Positions 30,104-39,829 of a stretch of DNA of 64,000 nt are shown here, in pieces. Position 1 is the first letter of the stretch. Each line of letters begins with the position of its first letter. Both the position numbers and the translations under genes were made by a program. The notes under the pieces are model-generated. The model worked only from the letters and a program-made list of their open reading frames with translations. It did not search any database and had not been told where the DNA came from. Source of the DNA: Dehalococcoidia bacterium (GTDB taxonomy: Bacteria; Chloroflexota; Dehalococcoidia; Plut-88900); assembly GCA_965207225.1 (NCBI GenBank), contig CBDBLV010000002.1, forward strand, positions 352,001 to 416,000, in the 5' to 3' direction.

Positions 30104-31573
30104 ATGTATCCCGACGACCTATATTTGCTAATGCCCGAGCTGGTCCTGGGCGGTTCCGCGGGCATCATCATTCTCCTGGACCTTGTTCTGAGGAAGAAGG
30201 ATGTACTGGCGCCCTTAAGCCTGTTGGGGATAGGAGCGTCGGCGGCGTTAACGCTGGTGCTGTGGCTGAAGGTAGACGGGGTCGAGAACAATGCGCTGAC
30301 GGGATTCAACGGGTACCTGATAGTCGATCACTTCGCACTGTTCTTCAAGTTCCTGATTCTTGGCGCCACGGGGCTGGTTATAGTTGCCTCTCACAACGTG
30401 TCTGCAGCCATACGAGCTTTCCGCGCCGAGTATTTTGCCCTGTTGATGATGGCCTCGGGCGGGCTGATGCTGCTGGCTGCATCAACCGAACTGGTCTCAA
30501 TCTACGTGTCTCTGGAGCTCAGCGCACTGGCCACCGTGGCCCTGATAGCCCTCGCCAAGGACAACCGCTCCACCGAAGCATCGCTGAAGTTCCTGGTGCT
30601 GAGCGCCATAAGCTCGGGGATCATGCTGTTCGGGTTTGCACTGATACTCGGGCTCACGGGCAGCACCAAGCTGCTGGACATAGCGGCCCGGATCACCACC
30701 TTCAGCGAGCTCATAGAGCAACCTGCATTGCTCCTAGGCGTGATATTCATCGTAGCAGGATTCGGGTTCAAGATATCCTCAGTGCCGTTCCAGATGTGGG
30801 TGCCCGACGTCTACGAAGGGTCCCCGACACCGGTGGCGGCCTATCTGTCGGTGGCCAGCAAGGCGGCTGGGTTTGCCGTGCTTGTCCGGATATTCTTCCT
30901 GGCCTTCGGGTCGGTGACCGATGAGTGGGCCTTCCTTTTCGCAATCCTGGCTGCGGTCTCGATGTTCATCGGCAACCTCGTGGCGATTGCCCAGAACAAC
31001 ATAAAGAGGATGCTGGGATACAGCACCATCGCGCACGCGGGGTTCATCATGGTCGGGCTGGCAGCCGTGGGAAGGGAGGGCGAAGCTCTGGGGCCGGGGG
31101 TCGAGAGCCTGATTTTCTACCTGGTCGCATACGCCGCGACGAACCTCGCAGCGTTCTTTGGTGTGATTGCGATATCCGGGGCGATAAAGAGCGAGCTTAT
31201 CCGGGACTATGCGGGGCTGGGGCGTCGGAATCCGGTGCTGGCCCTCGGGATGGCCATATCCATGGTCTCGCTCATGGGGATCCCTCCCACTGCAGGATTC
31301 TGGGCCAAGCTGAACGTCTTCAGGGCCGCCATGGAGACCGACCTGGTCTGGCTGGCGATAGTCGGGATGATCAACAGCGTGATATCCGCCTACTTCTACC
31401 TGCGGGTGATAAAGGCGATGTACCTGTCACCCTACCCGAGGGAAGAGGCCGTGCAGACTAGCCTGCCAGTGAACGGAGCCATGGCCCTCTCGGTGCTGGG
31501 GGTGCTGTTCATGGGCGTCGTGCCCAACTACGTGATGGACCTGGTCGGGACGGCGGTTACCACGCTGGCTTGA
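30104..31573 (+). CDS. nuoN: NADH-quinone oxidoreductase subunit N
   Basis: EASLKF, FKISSVPFQMWVPDVYEGSPT, KRMLGYSTIAHAG, GIPPTAGF. Confidence 0.95.
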   Translation: MYPDDLYLLMPELVLGGSAGIIILLDLVLRKKDVLAPLSLLGIGASAALTLVLWLKVDGVENNALTGFNGYLIVDHFALFFKFLILGATGLVIVASHNVSAAIRAFRAEYFALLMMASGGLMLLAASTELVSIYVSLELSALATVALIALAKDNRSTEASLKFLVLSAISSGIMLFGFALILGLTGSTKLLDIAARITTFSELIEQPALLLGVIFIVAGFGFKISSVPFQMWVPDVYEGSPTPVAAYLSVASKAAGFAVLVRIFFLAFGSVTDEWAFLFAILAAVSMFIGNLVAIAQNNIKRMLGYSTIAHAGFIMVGLAAVGREGEALGPGVESLIFYLVAYAATNLAAFFGVIAISGAIKSELIRDYAGLGRRNPVLALGMAISMVSLMGIPPTAGFWAKLNVFRAAMETDLVWLAIVGMINSVISAYFYLRVIKAMYLSPYPREEAVQTSLPVNGAMALSVLGVLFMGVVPNYVMDLVGTAVTTLA

Positions 31574-31609
31574 TGGCCCCGCTCTAATGGGGCCCAACGC
31601 CCCTGAACG

Positions 31610-32017
31610 CTATCGCTGGTATGTTATCCCGGCCCTGTAGGTCCGTAGACCTGTATGACGCGCCATGACATCAAAGTCGATGTCTCTATGAAGTATCGGG
31701 ATGTCCTCGCTAATAGCCACGGAGGCGATGAGGCAGTCGATTAGCTTTCGCACGGTTTCGCCCTGGCGGCGGCAGTGACGGTAGAGGGAAGCGGCTTCTT
31801 CATAGTGGGTCGGGCGGGTGGGAAGCAGGACGGCTCGAGCGAGGAGTCGACGCAGGTCGCGCAAGTGGAATTCGTTACGAGCCCCGGCCAGGACCTCCAT
31901 GCGGACAGCGTCGCAAGTAGCGATTTCGCCTGTCAGCAATTCGTCAACGAGGAGGCAGACCGGAGAGCCCGTATCCCGGAGAAACTCGACCCAGGCCGAG
32001 GTGTCTATCAGGATCAC
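31610..32017 (-). CDS. vapC: VapC PIN-domain toxin
   Basis: LIDTSAWVEFLR, MEVLAG, IDCLIA, LHRDIDF. Confidence 0.92.
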   Translation of the reverse strand: MILIDTSAWVEFLRDTGSPVCLLVDELLTGEIATCDAVRMEVLAGARNEFHLRDLRRLLARAVLLPTRPTHYEEAASLYRHCRRQGETVRKLIDCLIASVAISEDIPILHRDIDFDVMARHTGLRTYRAGITYQR

Positions 32018-32217
32018 AAGGAGCGGCCGGAGCGCATCTCTTCGAGGTCCCCGTCCCAGCCCGAGCCGCGGAGGGCACGGGCCTCGTCCAAGGACATAGA
32101 CTCCCCGGCCACGATCCGGAGGGCGAAGTTCACGGCCTCCCGCTTGGTGTCTATGCTGTAACGGGCCATAACCTCGGCGATAGCGCCGTCATCAATGTCA
32201 ATGTTTGTGCGTCCCAT
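32014..32217 (-). CDS. vapB: VapB antitoxin
   Basis: RTNIDIDD...TKREAVNFALR...GSGWDGDLEEMR; 4-bp overlap with vapC. Confidence 0.9.
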   Translation of the reverse strand: MGRTNIDIDDGAIAEVMARYSIDTKREAVNFALRIVAGESMSLDEARALRGSGWDGDLEEMRSGRSL

Positions 32218-32253
32218 ACACCAAAGATACACCATTCAGGTGTTGTGTGTCAA
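32218..32253 (-). promoter_or_regulatory. Probable leaderless vapBC promoter with operator-like repeats
   Basis: Minus strand TTGACA-18 nt-TATCTT-6 nt-ATG with no RBS. TGGTGTAT occurs twice over the -10 and the start. Confidence 0.6.
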
Positions 32254-32323
32254 GGGTAGAGTGGAATGTCTGCAAAAGCAGGGTATGCCAGGTGCGCTTG
32301 AATACCGACCCTCTCGCCTGCGG

Positions 32324-33238
32324 TTAAGCCCCGAACCTGTCACCGACCTGCAAGCCTGAAGCCTCGATGTATTCGGGGGCGGGGATTTTGCGGGAGTCGG
32401 GAGGCTGGACCCGTTTGATCTTCACCGACCCGCTGCCCGCCCCCACCACAAAGCCGTCGTCCTCGATCGCCAGCACTTCACCCGCTGCACCTGAAGCAGT
32501 GCCAAGGGCTGAATCGAACACCTTGATTTTCTGGCCCTTTAGAGTGCCCCAGGCGCCAGGTTGGGGGTTGGTCCCGCGGATCAGGTTGTAGACGGTCTGG
32601 GCGTCCTTGGACCAGTCCAGCTCGGCGTTTTCGGGCCGGCAGATGCCTTCGTAGGTAGCCTGGGACTCGTCCTGGATGATTCGTGGCGCATTGCCCGCCT
32701 TGACCAGGTCCACGGACTCTATCATGGCTGCCACGCCGTCCGGGAAGAGGTGGTTGAAGTAGACGGAACCCACGGTGTCATCGGGGCCGATGACGGCTTC
32801 CTTCTGCATCAGGATGGGGCCCGTGTCGAGGCCCTTATCGGGCCAGAAGATGGTCAGACCTGTCTTGTCTTCCCCGTTGATGATGGCCCAGTTGATGGCG
32901 CTGGCGCCACGGTGTCTGGGGAGAAGAGAGGGGTGGTACTGGATAGTGCCCAGCGTAGGAGTATCGAGGACCCGCTCGGGGACCAGGAGGGTAACGAAGG
33001 CCATGACGCCGATGTCGGGCTTCATGCCTTTGATTGTTTCGTAGATTTCGTCGGTCTTCATGGAAGTAACGGTAACGAGTGGGACACCCAGTTCCTCGGC
33101 CTTGGCAGACAAGGGGTCGGGTCTGCCCTTTCTCTCGGGAGGGGCGAACACACCTACCACCTCATCGTCCTCCCTCTCCACCAACTTTTCCAACACTGCG
33201 GCCCCGAAGGGAGCCTGGCCTATAACGATTATCCTCAC
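32324..33238 (-). CDS. Methionyl-tRNA formyltransferase-family protein (Fmt or 10-formyl-THF hydrolase-like)
   Basis: YHPSLLPRHRGASAINWAI, TIFWPDKGLDTGPI, IRGTNPQPGA. Confidence 0.85.
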   Translation of the reverse strand: MRIIVIGQAPFGAAVLEKLVEREDDEVVGVFAPPERKGRPDPLSAKAEELGVPLVTVTSMKTDEIYETIKGMKPDIGVMAFVTLLVPERVLDTPTLGTIQYHPSLLPRHRGASAINWAIINGEDKTGLTIFWPDKGLDTGPILMQKEAVIGPDDTVGSVYFNHLFPDGVAAMIESVDLVKAGNAPRIIQDESQATYEGICRPENAELDWSKDAQTVYNLIRGTNPQPGAWGTLKGQKIKVFDSALGTASGAAGEVLAIEDDGFVVGAGSGSVKIKRVQPPDSRKIPAPEYIEASGLQVGDRFGA

Positions 33239-33358
33239 GTGGATACCTCCATCAAATCCGAGGCGTCGGTCATTTTCCCGCTTTCCGTCTGCGGTCTCGA
33301 CTTGGATTCCGGCAGACGCTTATACTTGCCCCTCAACAAAGGGCCTTTCTGCAAGCCA

Positions 33359-34249
33359 ATGACACGGCAAAGGGAACCATTGTCTAAGGAGCAAAACATA
33401 AATCGGGTAGCAGTATTCTACCATCCGCGTCTTCCCGAGGCCCGTACGCTTGCCGAAGACCTTTTGGGCATACTGTCAAAGGCCGGAATCAAGGGTTGGC
33501 ACCGTTCAGCCTGGGACGAAGATGCAACCTCCGACGACGTGGGAGACCGGGACCTCCTTATAAGCGTGGGGGGGGACGGAACAATGCTTCGGGTGTCTCA
33601 CCTGGCACTGCCATGCGGGATTCCCGTCCTGGGGGTGAACATGGGTCGGGTGGGGTTTATGAACGAGCTCAACCCCGAGGAGGCCAGAAAAGACCTACCG
33701 ACGCTGCTGGGGGACGGGGGCAGGATTGAACACAGGGCAACGCTGCAGGCAGAGATCATTCCCCCATGTACACCCTCCGAAGGGACGGGAGATGGGCGAA
33801 GGACGTATTTTGCACTGAACGACGTGGTGGTGGCGCGGGGTCGGGTGGCCAGGGTGATACGAATCGAGGCGCGGATTGACGGGGACCTGTTCACGACTTA
33901 CAAGGGAGACGGGGTGATCATAGCCACGGCAACGGGAAGCACCAGCTACTCCATGGCTGCAGGCGGGCCCATCCTCAACCCCCTAACCGACGAGTTTGTA
34001 TTGAATCCTATCGACTCTCACCTCACCATATCCAACGCCCTGGTCTTACCACCCGCTTCGAAAGTCGAATTGACTGTAAGCACGGACCATGAGGTGATCA
34101 TGAGCGTTGACGGGCAGATCGAAGCCGACCTACAGGACGGATACACGGTTTCCGCTACTATAGGCTCAAACATGGCCAAGTTCCTCAGGTTCCAGCCTCC
34201 CGGGCGCTTCTACTCGACAGTTACGGAGAGGCTGACTCGAATGGAGTGA
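33359..34249 (+). CDS. nadK: NAD(+) kinase
   Basis: GGDGTML, GVNMGRVGF, ALND, GDGVIIATATGSTSYSMAAGGP, DGQ. Exact start uncertain. Confidence 0.93.
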   Translation: MTRQREPLSKEQNINRVAVFYHPRLPEARTLAEDLLGILSKAGIKGWHRSAWDEDATSDDVGDRDLLISVGGDGTMLRVSHLALPCGIPVLGVNMGRVGFMNELNPEEARKDLPTLLGDGGRIEHRATLQAEIIPPCTPSEGTGDGRRTYFALNDVVVARGRVARVIRIEARIDGDLFTTYKGDGVIIATATGSTSYSMAAGGPILNPLTDEFVLNPIDSHLTISNALVLPPASKVELTVSTDHEVIMSVDGQIEADLQDGYTVSATIGSNMAKFLRFQPPGRFYSTVTERLTRME

Positions 34250-34797
34250 GCGGGTGGTCGGGAATGGGCATTAACCCGGATACGAAGACCAAGCGCATTT
34301 ACGATGGCAAGGTTGTCAGCCTGCGCGTCGACACCCTGCAGCTTTCTGGCGGCCGTGAAGCCAGGATGGAGATCGTCGAGCATGCCGAGGTAGTGCATAT
34401 ACTGCCGGTGGACGAGGATGGGAATCTCCTGTTGGTACGCCAGTACAGGGCGGCGGTTGGCAAGGAACTGTTGGAGACCCCGGCCGGCGGGATAGAGTCG
34501 GGTGAGGACGTGGAAGCGGCAGCGCAGCGGGAGCTAAGGGAGGAGACCGGGTATAGAGCGGATAACTTCCGGCTCATGGCCTCGGTGTACAGTTCGCCGG
34601 GGTTCTGCACGGAACTGAACCATCTTTTCGTGGCCACGGGGCTGTCCTACGATCCCCTGGAGCCGGATGTCGACGAGGATATAACCCTGGCGCCCGTGAC
34701 GCTTGCCGAGGCCGAGGAGTTAGTAGCGTCCGGGAAAATAGGGGATGCGAAATCGGCAACGTGCATCCTGCTTTACAAATTTCTCGGCGTGGCATAG
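34246..34797 (+). CDS. Nudix hydrolase (ADP-ribose pyrophosphatase-like)
   Basis: Nudix box GGIESGEDVEAAAQRELREETG, VRQYR, SPGF, DAKS. Confidence 0.9.
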   Translation: MSGWSGMGINPDTKTKRIYDGKVVSLRVDTLQLSGGREARMEIVEHAEVVHILPVDEDGNLLLVRQYRAAVGKELLETPAGGIESGEDVEAAAQRELREETGYRADNFRLMASVYSSPGFCTELNHLFVATGLSYDPLEPDVDEDITLAPVTLAEAEELVASGKIGDAKSATCILLYKFLGVA

Positions 34798-34859
34798 AAT
34801 TAGCCTGATCCCATTGATTTTTCCGAGGGGTCTTTTTCTTTTCCCTGAGGCGCAATGCC

Positions 34860-35330
34860 ATGACGCTCAAGAAGACTTATCTTACCCATAGGCGTTTTGA
34901 GGAACTCAAAGAGGAGCTCCACCACCTCCGCACGGAAAAGCGACACGAAATAGCCGACCGTATCCTTCACGCCAAGGACTTCGGGGGGACAGAGGACAAC
35001 GCCGAGTTCGACGACGCAAAGAACGAGCAGGCGTTCATCGAGGGTCGGATAATGACACTGGACAACATGCTCCACAATGCGACGGTCATACCCGATGAAC
35101 ATCTGAGTTCAGAGGTTGTGGACGTCGGGGCCCGGGTCACCGTCCTGAACGAGTCAGGCCGGACCATGGAGTACCTCATAGTAGGCAGCGACGAGGCCGA
35201 CCCGAGGGCCGGGAAAATCTCCAACGAAAGCCCAGTCGGGCAAGCGCTCCTCGGGAGCAGGGTCGGGGACATAGTGCAGGTAAAGGCCCCGGCCCGGGTC
35301 CTGGAACTGACCATTAAGAGCATTGCCTAG
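34860..35330 (+). CDS. greA: Transcription elongation factor GreA
   Basis: DNAEFDDAKNEQAFIEGRI, IVGSDEADP..GKISNESPVGQALLG. Confidence 0.93.
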   Translation: MTLKKTYLTHRRFEELKEELHHLRTEKRHEIADRILHAKDFGGTEDNAEFDDAKNEQAFIEGRIMTLDNMLHNATVIPDEHLSSEVVDVGARVTVLNESGRTMEYLIVGSDEADPRAGKISNESPVGQALLGSRVGDIVQVKAPARVLELTIKSIA

Positions 35331-35368
35331 CATCACGGACCCGCTGCCCGATCCCCGATAACCCTCCC

Positions 35369-36859
35369 ATGGCCGATAGAGGCGAAGACCTTTTCCAGCA
35401 GAGACTCTCCAAGGTAGAACGCCTTCGCGCCCAGGGCATAGACCCCTATCCGGCCCGTTTAAAGCGCACACACACGGTGGCGGAGGCGCTTGCATACTTC
35501 CAAGGAATTGAGGATTCGGGGCGCATGCCGAGGAAGGTGGTTGCGGTGGCAGGTAGAGTGATGGCTCTGCGGGGGATGGGACGGGTGACATTTGCCGACG
35601 TGCGAGACGGCACGGGCTCCGTGCAGCTGTTCATCAGGCCCGCCGACCTGCCGGAGGAGCAGCGAACTGTCCTGGCAGAGTTGGACACCGGTGACTCTCT
35701 GGCCGCGGAGGGTCCGATGTTCCGCACCCGAACCGGCGAGATAACCGTCCGAGTCCAGTCCTTCACCCTTCTCACCAAGGCTCTCAGGCCCTTGCCGGAG
35801 AAGTGGCACGGACTCACCGACGTGGAGAAGCGCCACCGTCATCGATACCTGGACCTGATTTCCAATGACGAGGCCCGGCGGATATTCGACATCCGGGCAC
35901 GGTTCATCTCCGCCATGCGAAAGTTCATGGACGACAGGGGATTCGCAGAGGTGGAGACTCCCATACTCCTGCCGGTGGCCGCGGGCGCCATGGCCCGGCC
36001 TTTCGCCACTGAGCACAACGCCCTTGACCGGACTCTCTACCTTCGGATCGCCACGGAGCTTTACCTTAAGCGGTTGATAGTCGGTGGGATCGACAAGGTC
36101 TATGAAATAGGTCGGATATTCAGGAACGAGGGGATAGACACCAGGCACAACCCCGAGTTCACCACCATGGAGAGCTACGAGGCCTATGCTGACTACAATG
36201 ACGTGATGCGCATGGTCGAAGATATGATGGCGTATATCACTCAGGAGGTGCTGGGGACCAGTACCATCACTTACAGGGAACACACTTTGGACTTCACGCC
36301 GCCCTGGCCCCGGGTGTCGGTGCGGGATGCGATAAAGGAACGGAGCGGGCTGGACATAGCCGATCCGAAATATGCCGACGCGGAGGTGCTAAGGACGGAT
36401 GCCGAGGGTGTGGGACAGCGGGTGGAAGGTCTCAGCCCTGCGCAGCTTTACGACAAGCTTCTGTCGACTTTCGTGGAGCCGTACATCATCCAGCCGACCT
36501 TCGTCATCGACCACCCGGTAGAGATGTCTCCCCTTTCCAAGCGCAAACCTGACGATCCCAGGTTCGTGGAGAGGTTTGAGGGGTTCGCTGCCGGCATGGA
36601 GATTGCCAACGCCTTCACCGAACTGAACGACCCCGTAGACCAGAGGCAGCGGTTCGCCGAGCAGGAGAAGTTCAGGCTGGAGTTCGGGGATGAGGAGGTC
36701 GACCGGCTGGACGAGGACTTCCTGCTGGCGATGGAGCACGGCATGCCGCCCACAGGGGGGTTGGGAATGGGGATAGACCGGCTGGTGATGTTGCTGACAA
36801 ACCAGCAGTCGATAAGGGATGTGATCTTGTTTCCTCAGCTGAGGTCGGTGGAAAGATAG
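35369..36859 (+). CDS. lysS: Lysine--tRNA ligase (class II)
   Basis: PLPEKWHGL, YLRIATELYLKRL, FRNEGID..HNPEFT, GMPPTGGLGMGIDRL. Confidence 0.97.
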   Translation: MADRGEDLFQQRLSKVERLRAQGIDPYPARLKRTHTVAEALAYFQGIEDSGRMPRKVVAVAGRVMALRGMGRVTFADVRDGTGSVQLFIRPADLPEEQRTVLAELDTGDSLAAEGPMFRTRTGEITVRVQSFTLLTKALRPLPEKWHGLTDVEKRHRHRYLDLISNDEARRIFDIRARFISAMRKFMDDRGFAEVETPILLPVAAGAMARPFATEHNALDRTLYLRIATELYLKRLIVGGIDKVYEIGRIFRNEGIDTRHNPEFTTMESYEAYADYNDVMRMVEDMMAYITQEVLGTSTITYREHTLDFTPPWPRVSVRDAIKERSGLDIADPKYADAEVLRTDAEGVGQRVEGLSPAQLYDKLLSTFVEPYIIQPTFVIDHPVEMSPLSKRKPDDPRFVERFEGFAAGMEIANAFTELNDPVDQRQRFAEQEKFRLEFGDEEVDRLDEDFLLAMEHGMPPTGGLGMGIDRLVMLLTNQQSIRDVILFPQLRSVER

Positions 36860-36950
36860 GGCTCCTGGCAGCAGTGCCCAAAGCCAGCGTAATATCTCGA
36901 CCCCCACTGTCTTATACTTTCCCATATCATCGCAGCTAAGGGCGCTATCC

Positions 36951-38219
36951 ATGCTGGCTATCAACTTGATTCGAGAAAAACCGGAGGTTGTGCGGGAGGG
37001 GCTGGTGCGTCGAGGAGAGGACCAGGCGCCTCTTGACCGAATCCTTGAACTCGATGAAAGACGTCGCACCATCCTCACGTCCTCCGAGACCCTTCGGGCG
37101 CGTCGGAACCAGGTCAGCAAAGAGCTTTCCAAAATGAAGGAGAAGCCGCCCGAGGTGATTGAGGAAATGCGTAAGGTTGGGGCAGACATCAAAGAGCTGG
37201 AGGGCGAAATCAAGACGCTGGACGAAGAGTTGGACTTGTTGCTACTCCAACTTCCGAACACTCCACTCCATGATGTACCTCCGGGTGAAGACGAGACGGG
37301 CAACGTCGTGGTTAAGACCATCGGTGAGCTCCCAACATTCGATTTTGATGCCAAACCGCATTGGGAGATCGGGGAGAGCCTCGGCATCCTGGACTTCGAA
37401 CGGGGTGTGAAGATATCGGGGTCCCGTTTTTATGTTCTGAAGGGGCGCGGGGCCCGGCTGCAGAGGGCCCTCATATCATGGATGGTGGACTTTCACCAGG
37501 ACCGGAACGGGTATACCGAGGTCTACCCACCTTTCGTAGTGAAACGGGAGGCGCTGGTCGGGAGTGCGCAGCTACCCAAGTTCGCAGACAACGTGTACCA
37601 CGATGAGCAGGACGACCTTTGGCTCGTCCCAACCGCAGAGGTCCCTCTGACCAACCTGCACAGGGAGGAGATCCTGGACGCATCCGACCTCCCGTTGAAC
37701 TATGTGGCTTACACGCCCTGCTTCCGTCGGGAGAAGATGTCGGCGGGAAAGGACACAAGAGGCATCAAGCGGGGGCACCAGTTCGACAAGGTGGAGATGT
37801 ACAAATTCGTTGCGCCGGAGGACTCGGCAGAAGCGTTGGAGTCGATGCTGTCCGACGCGGAAAGCGTGGCCGAGGCACTGGGGCTTCCCTACCGCGTACT
37901 CCAGCTCTGCACGGGCGACCTGGGATTTCACTCCGCCAAGTCGTATGACCTGGAGGTCTGGGCCCCGGGATGCGGGGAGTGGCTGGAAGTGAGCTCCTGC
38001 AGCAACTGTCTGGACTTCCAGGCGCGTCGGGCGAACATCCGGTACAGACCCAGCGAGGGAGCGAGGCTCCGGTATGTTCACACTCTAAATGGGTCCGGGT
38101 TAGGGTTGCCGAGGGTGCTGATCTCGGTGCTGGAAACATACCAGCAAGCGGATGGCTCGGTGCGGATACCGGAGGTGCTGCAGACGTACACGGGATTCGA
38201 CGTAATCGAGGCCCCTTAG
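36951..38219 (+). CDS. serS: Serine--tRNA ligase
   Basis: LVPTAEVPL, CFRRE, HQFDKVE, EVSSCSNC.DFQARR, HTLNGSG. Confidence 0.97.
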   Translation: MLAINLIREKPEVVREGLVRRGEDQAPLDRILELDERRRTILTSSETLRARRNQVSKELSKMKEKPPEVIEEMRKVGADIKELEGEIKTLDEELDLLLLQLPNTPLHDVPPGEDETGNVVVKTIGELPTFDFDAKPHWEIGESLGILDFERGVKISGSRFYVLKGRGARLQRALISWMVDFHQDRNGYTEVYPPFVVKREALVGSAQLPKFADNVYHDEQDDLWLVPTAEVPLTNLHREEILDASDLPLNYVAYTPCFRREKMSAGKDTRGIKRGHQFDKVEMYKFVAPEDSAEALESMLSDAESVAEALGLPYRVLQLCTGDLGFHSAKSYDLEVWAPGCGEWLEVSSCSNCLDFQARRANIRYRPSEGARLRYVHTLNGSGLGLPRVLISVLETYQQADGSVRIPEVLQTYTGFDVIEAP

Positions 38220-38270
38220 CTCCCCTTCCCCCGCCTGGAAGCAAAGGCGCGTATAATCCTATCCGTGCCC

Positions 38271-38360
38271 GGAGGGATGGCCGAGCGGTTTAAGGCACCG
38301 GTCTTGAAAACCGGCGTGCGCGTCAGTGTACCGTGGGTTCGAATCCCACTCCCTCCGCCA
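38271..38360 (+). tRNA. tRNA-Ser (anticodon TGA); probable island attachment site
   Basis: Acceptor GGAGGGA/TCCCTCC, anticodon arm CCGGT-CTTGAAA-ACCGG, long variable arm, GTGGG-TTCGAAT-CCCAC, GCCA end. TATAAT at 38252. Confidence 0.97.
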
Positions 38361-38519
38361 CTACACCTCTTTTGGTCATCCTCTTTTTTCTCAAGTTACG
38401 CTTGCTCCAAAGCTAATATCATCCTTTGTGGTGCTTTGTCCCGCCCTCCTAATCTTTTGAGTTCCCACAACAACTGTGGTAACATTCGTGGGAACAATTT
38501 AGGATTGATGGAGGTATCT

Positions 38520-39716
38520 GTGGCATTATCCGCAACTCGGGTTAAGGCCCTGAAAGAACGCGGACGCTACTCGGACGGTGGCGGTCTACATCTCTTCATC
38601 AGCAAAGCCGGACGAAAATCTTGGGTCCTGCGCATCACCGTCGATGGACGTAGACGGGATATAGGTTTAGGCGGATATCCTTCAGTCAGCCTGGCTCAGG
38701 CTCGCGAGAAGGCAGCAGAATATAGGGCAGCCGTTGCGGAGGGTCGGGATCCCTTGGCCGAAAAGCGGGCCCCTGCCATGCCAACGTTCAAGAAAGCCGC
38801 CTACGCTGTCCATGAGGCCAATAAGCCTCGGTGGCGCAACCCCAGGCACGCTTCAGGCTGGATTCAGACCCTGGAGCGTCACGCTATGCCAAAGTTGGGC
38901 AACACATCCCTAGACAAGATAGACCGAGGAGATGTGCTGAGCGTTCTCACCCCCATTTGGTCATCCCGTCCTGAGACGGCCCGTCGTGTGCGTCAGCGCA
39001 TGAGGGCCGTTTTCCGGTGGGCCTTGGCCTACGGCTTCGTCGAGTCTAACCCGGCGGGAGAAGCCATCGACGGTGCCTTGCCCCCCATGCCGAAAGTAAA
39101 GGCTCACTTCAGGGCACTTCCCTATCAGGAGGTTGCCTCAGCACTTGAAACGATCGAGTCCTCTCAGGCCTCGATACCTGCCAAGCTGTGCTTCCGGTTC
39201 CTGGTGCTGACCGCGGCTCGCTCCGGCGAAGCCAGGGGTGCAACCTGGGACGAGTTCGACATGCATGGCCGGGAATGGCATATCCCGTCGGGGCGGATGA
39301 AGGCGGGTGTTGAACATCGGGTGCCCCTCAGTAACCAGGCCCTCGACCTGCTAAGGGAGACGTCCGTACTGCGTGACGATTCTGGCCTAGTATTTCCGTC
39401 GGTGCTGAAGGCAGGGTCCCCGATGTCCGACATGACACTGACGAAGGTTCTGCGCTCTGTCGGCCTGGCAGATCGTGCCACCGTCCACGGATTTCGCAGT
39501 AGCTTCAAAAACTGGACCCTGGAGCAGACGGATACCCCTTGGGTCGTCTCCGAGGCCGCCCTAGCCCACAGTCTGGGCAACGCGACTGAACAGGCCTACG
39601 CGAGGTCAGACCTGTTCGAGCGTCGCCGGGAGCTGATGCAGCTGTGGGCGGACTACGTCATGGGGGATCTTCAAGACGCAGAGGAAAGTGCCAGAGATAA
39701 TGGCAGCGGTCCTTAG
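38520..39716 (+). CDS. P4-like tyrosine integrase
   Basis: Arm-binding N-terminus (YSDGGGLHL, GLGGYPSVSLAQAR), catalytic TAARSGE, RMK, HGFRSSF, LAH, AY. GGAGG before the GTG at 38520. Confidence 0.95.
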   Translation: MALSATRVKALKERGRYSDGGGLHLFISKAGRKSWVLRITVDGRRRDIGLGGYPSVSLAQAREKAAEYRAAVAEGRDPLAEKRAPAMPTFKKAAYAVHEANKPRWRNPRHASGWIQTLERHAMPKLGNTSLDKIDRGDVLSVLTPIWSSRPETARRVRQRMRAVFRWALAYGFVESNPAGEAIDGALPPMPKVKAHFRALPYQEVASALETIESSQASIPAKLCFRFLVLTAARSGEARGATWDEFDMHGREWHIPSGRMKAGVEHRVPLSNQALDLLRETSVLRDDSGLVFPSVLKAGSPMSDMTLTKVLRSVGLADRATVHGFRSSFKNWTLEQTDTPWVVSEAALAHSLGNATEQAYARSDLFERRRELMQLWADYVMGDLQDAEESARDNGSGP

Positions 39717-39829
39717 GACGTAGTCCGTCTGGTGGGATAGGACCGGGTCGTCGTTATTACCCCTGGTGCATGAGCATAGTGCTCGAAATCAATGTATTAC
39801 CGTCAGGTCCGGACATTTCCTGATAGATG

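Noticed and set aside
32561-33358. Apparent long N-terminal domain on NAD kinase
   Set aside because: It is the antisense shadow of the fmt-like gene.
38271-38360. Possible tRNA-Sec, given selA nearby and 'TGA' in the loop
   Set aside because: Anticodon TGA reads UCA (Ser); tRNA-Sec needs anticodon TCA and a longer acceptor stem.
1-38360. Selenoprotein genes with in-frame UGA near selA
   Set aside because: No gene appeared truncated at a TGA aligned to a catalytic Cys position.
38265-38519. N-terminal extension of the integrase ORF
   Set aside because: It runs through the tRNA gene; the SD and family-like sequence begin at about 38520.
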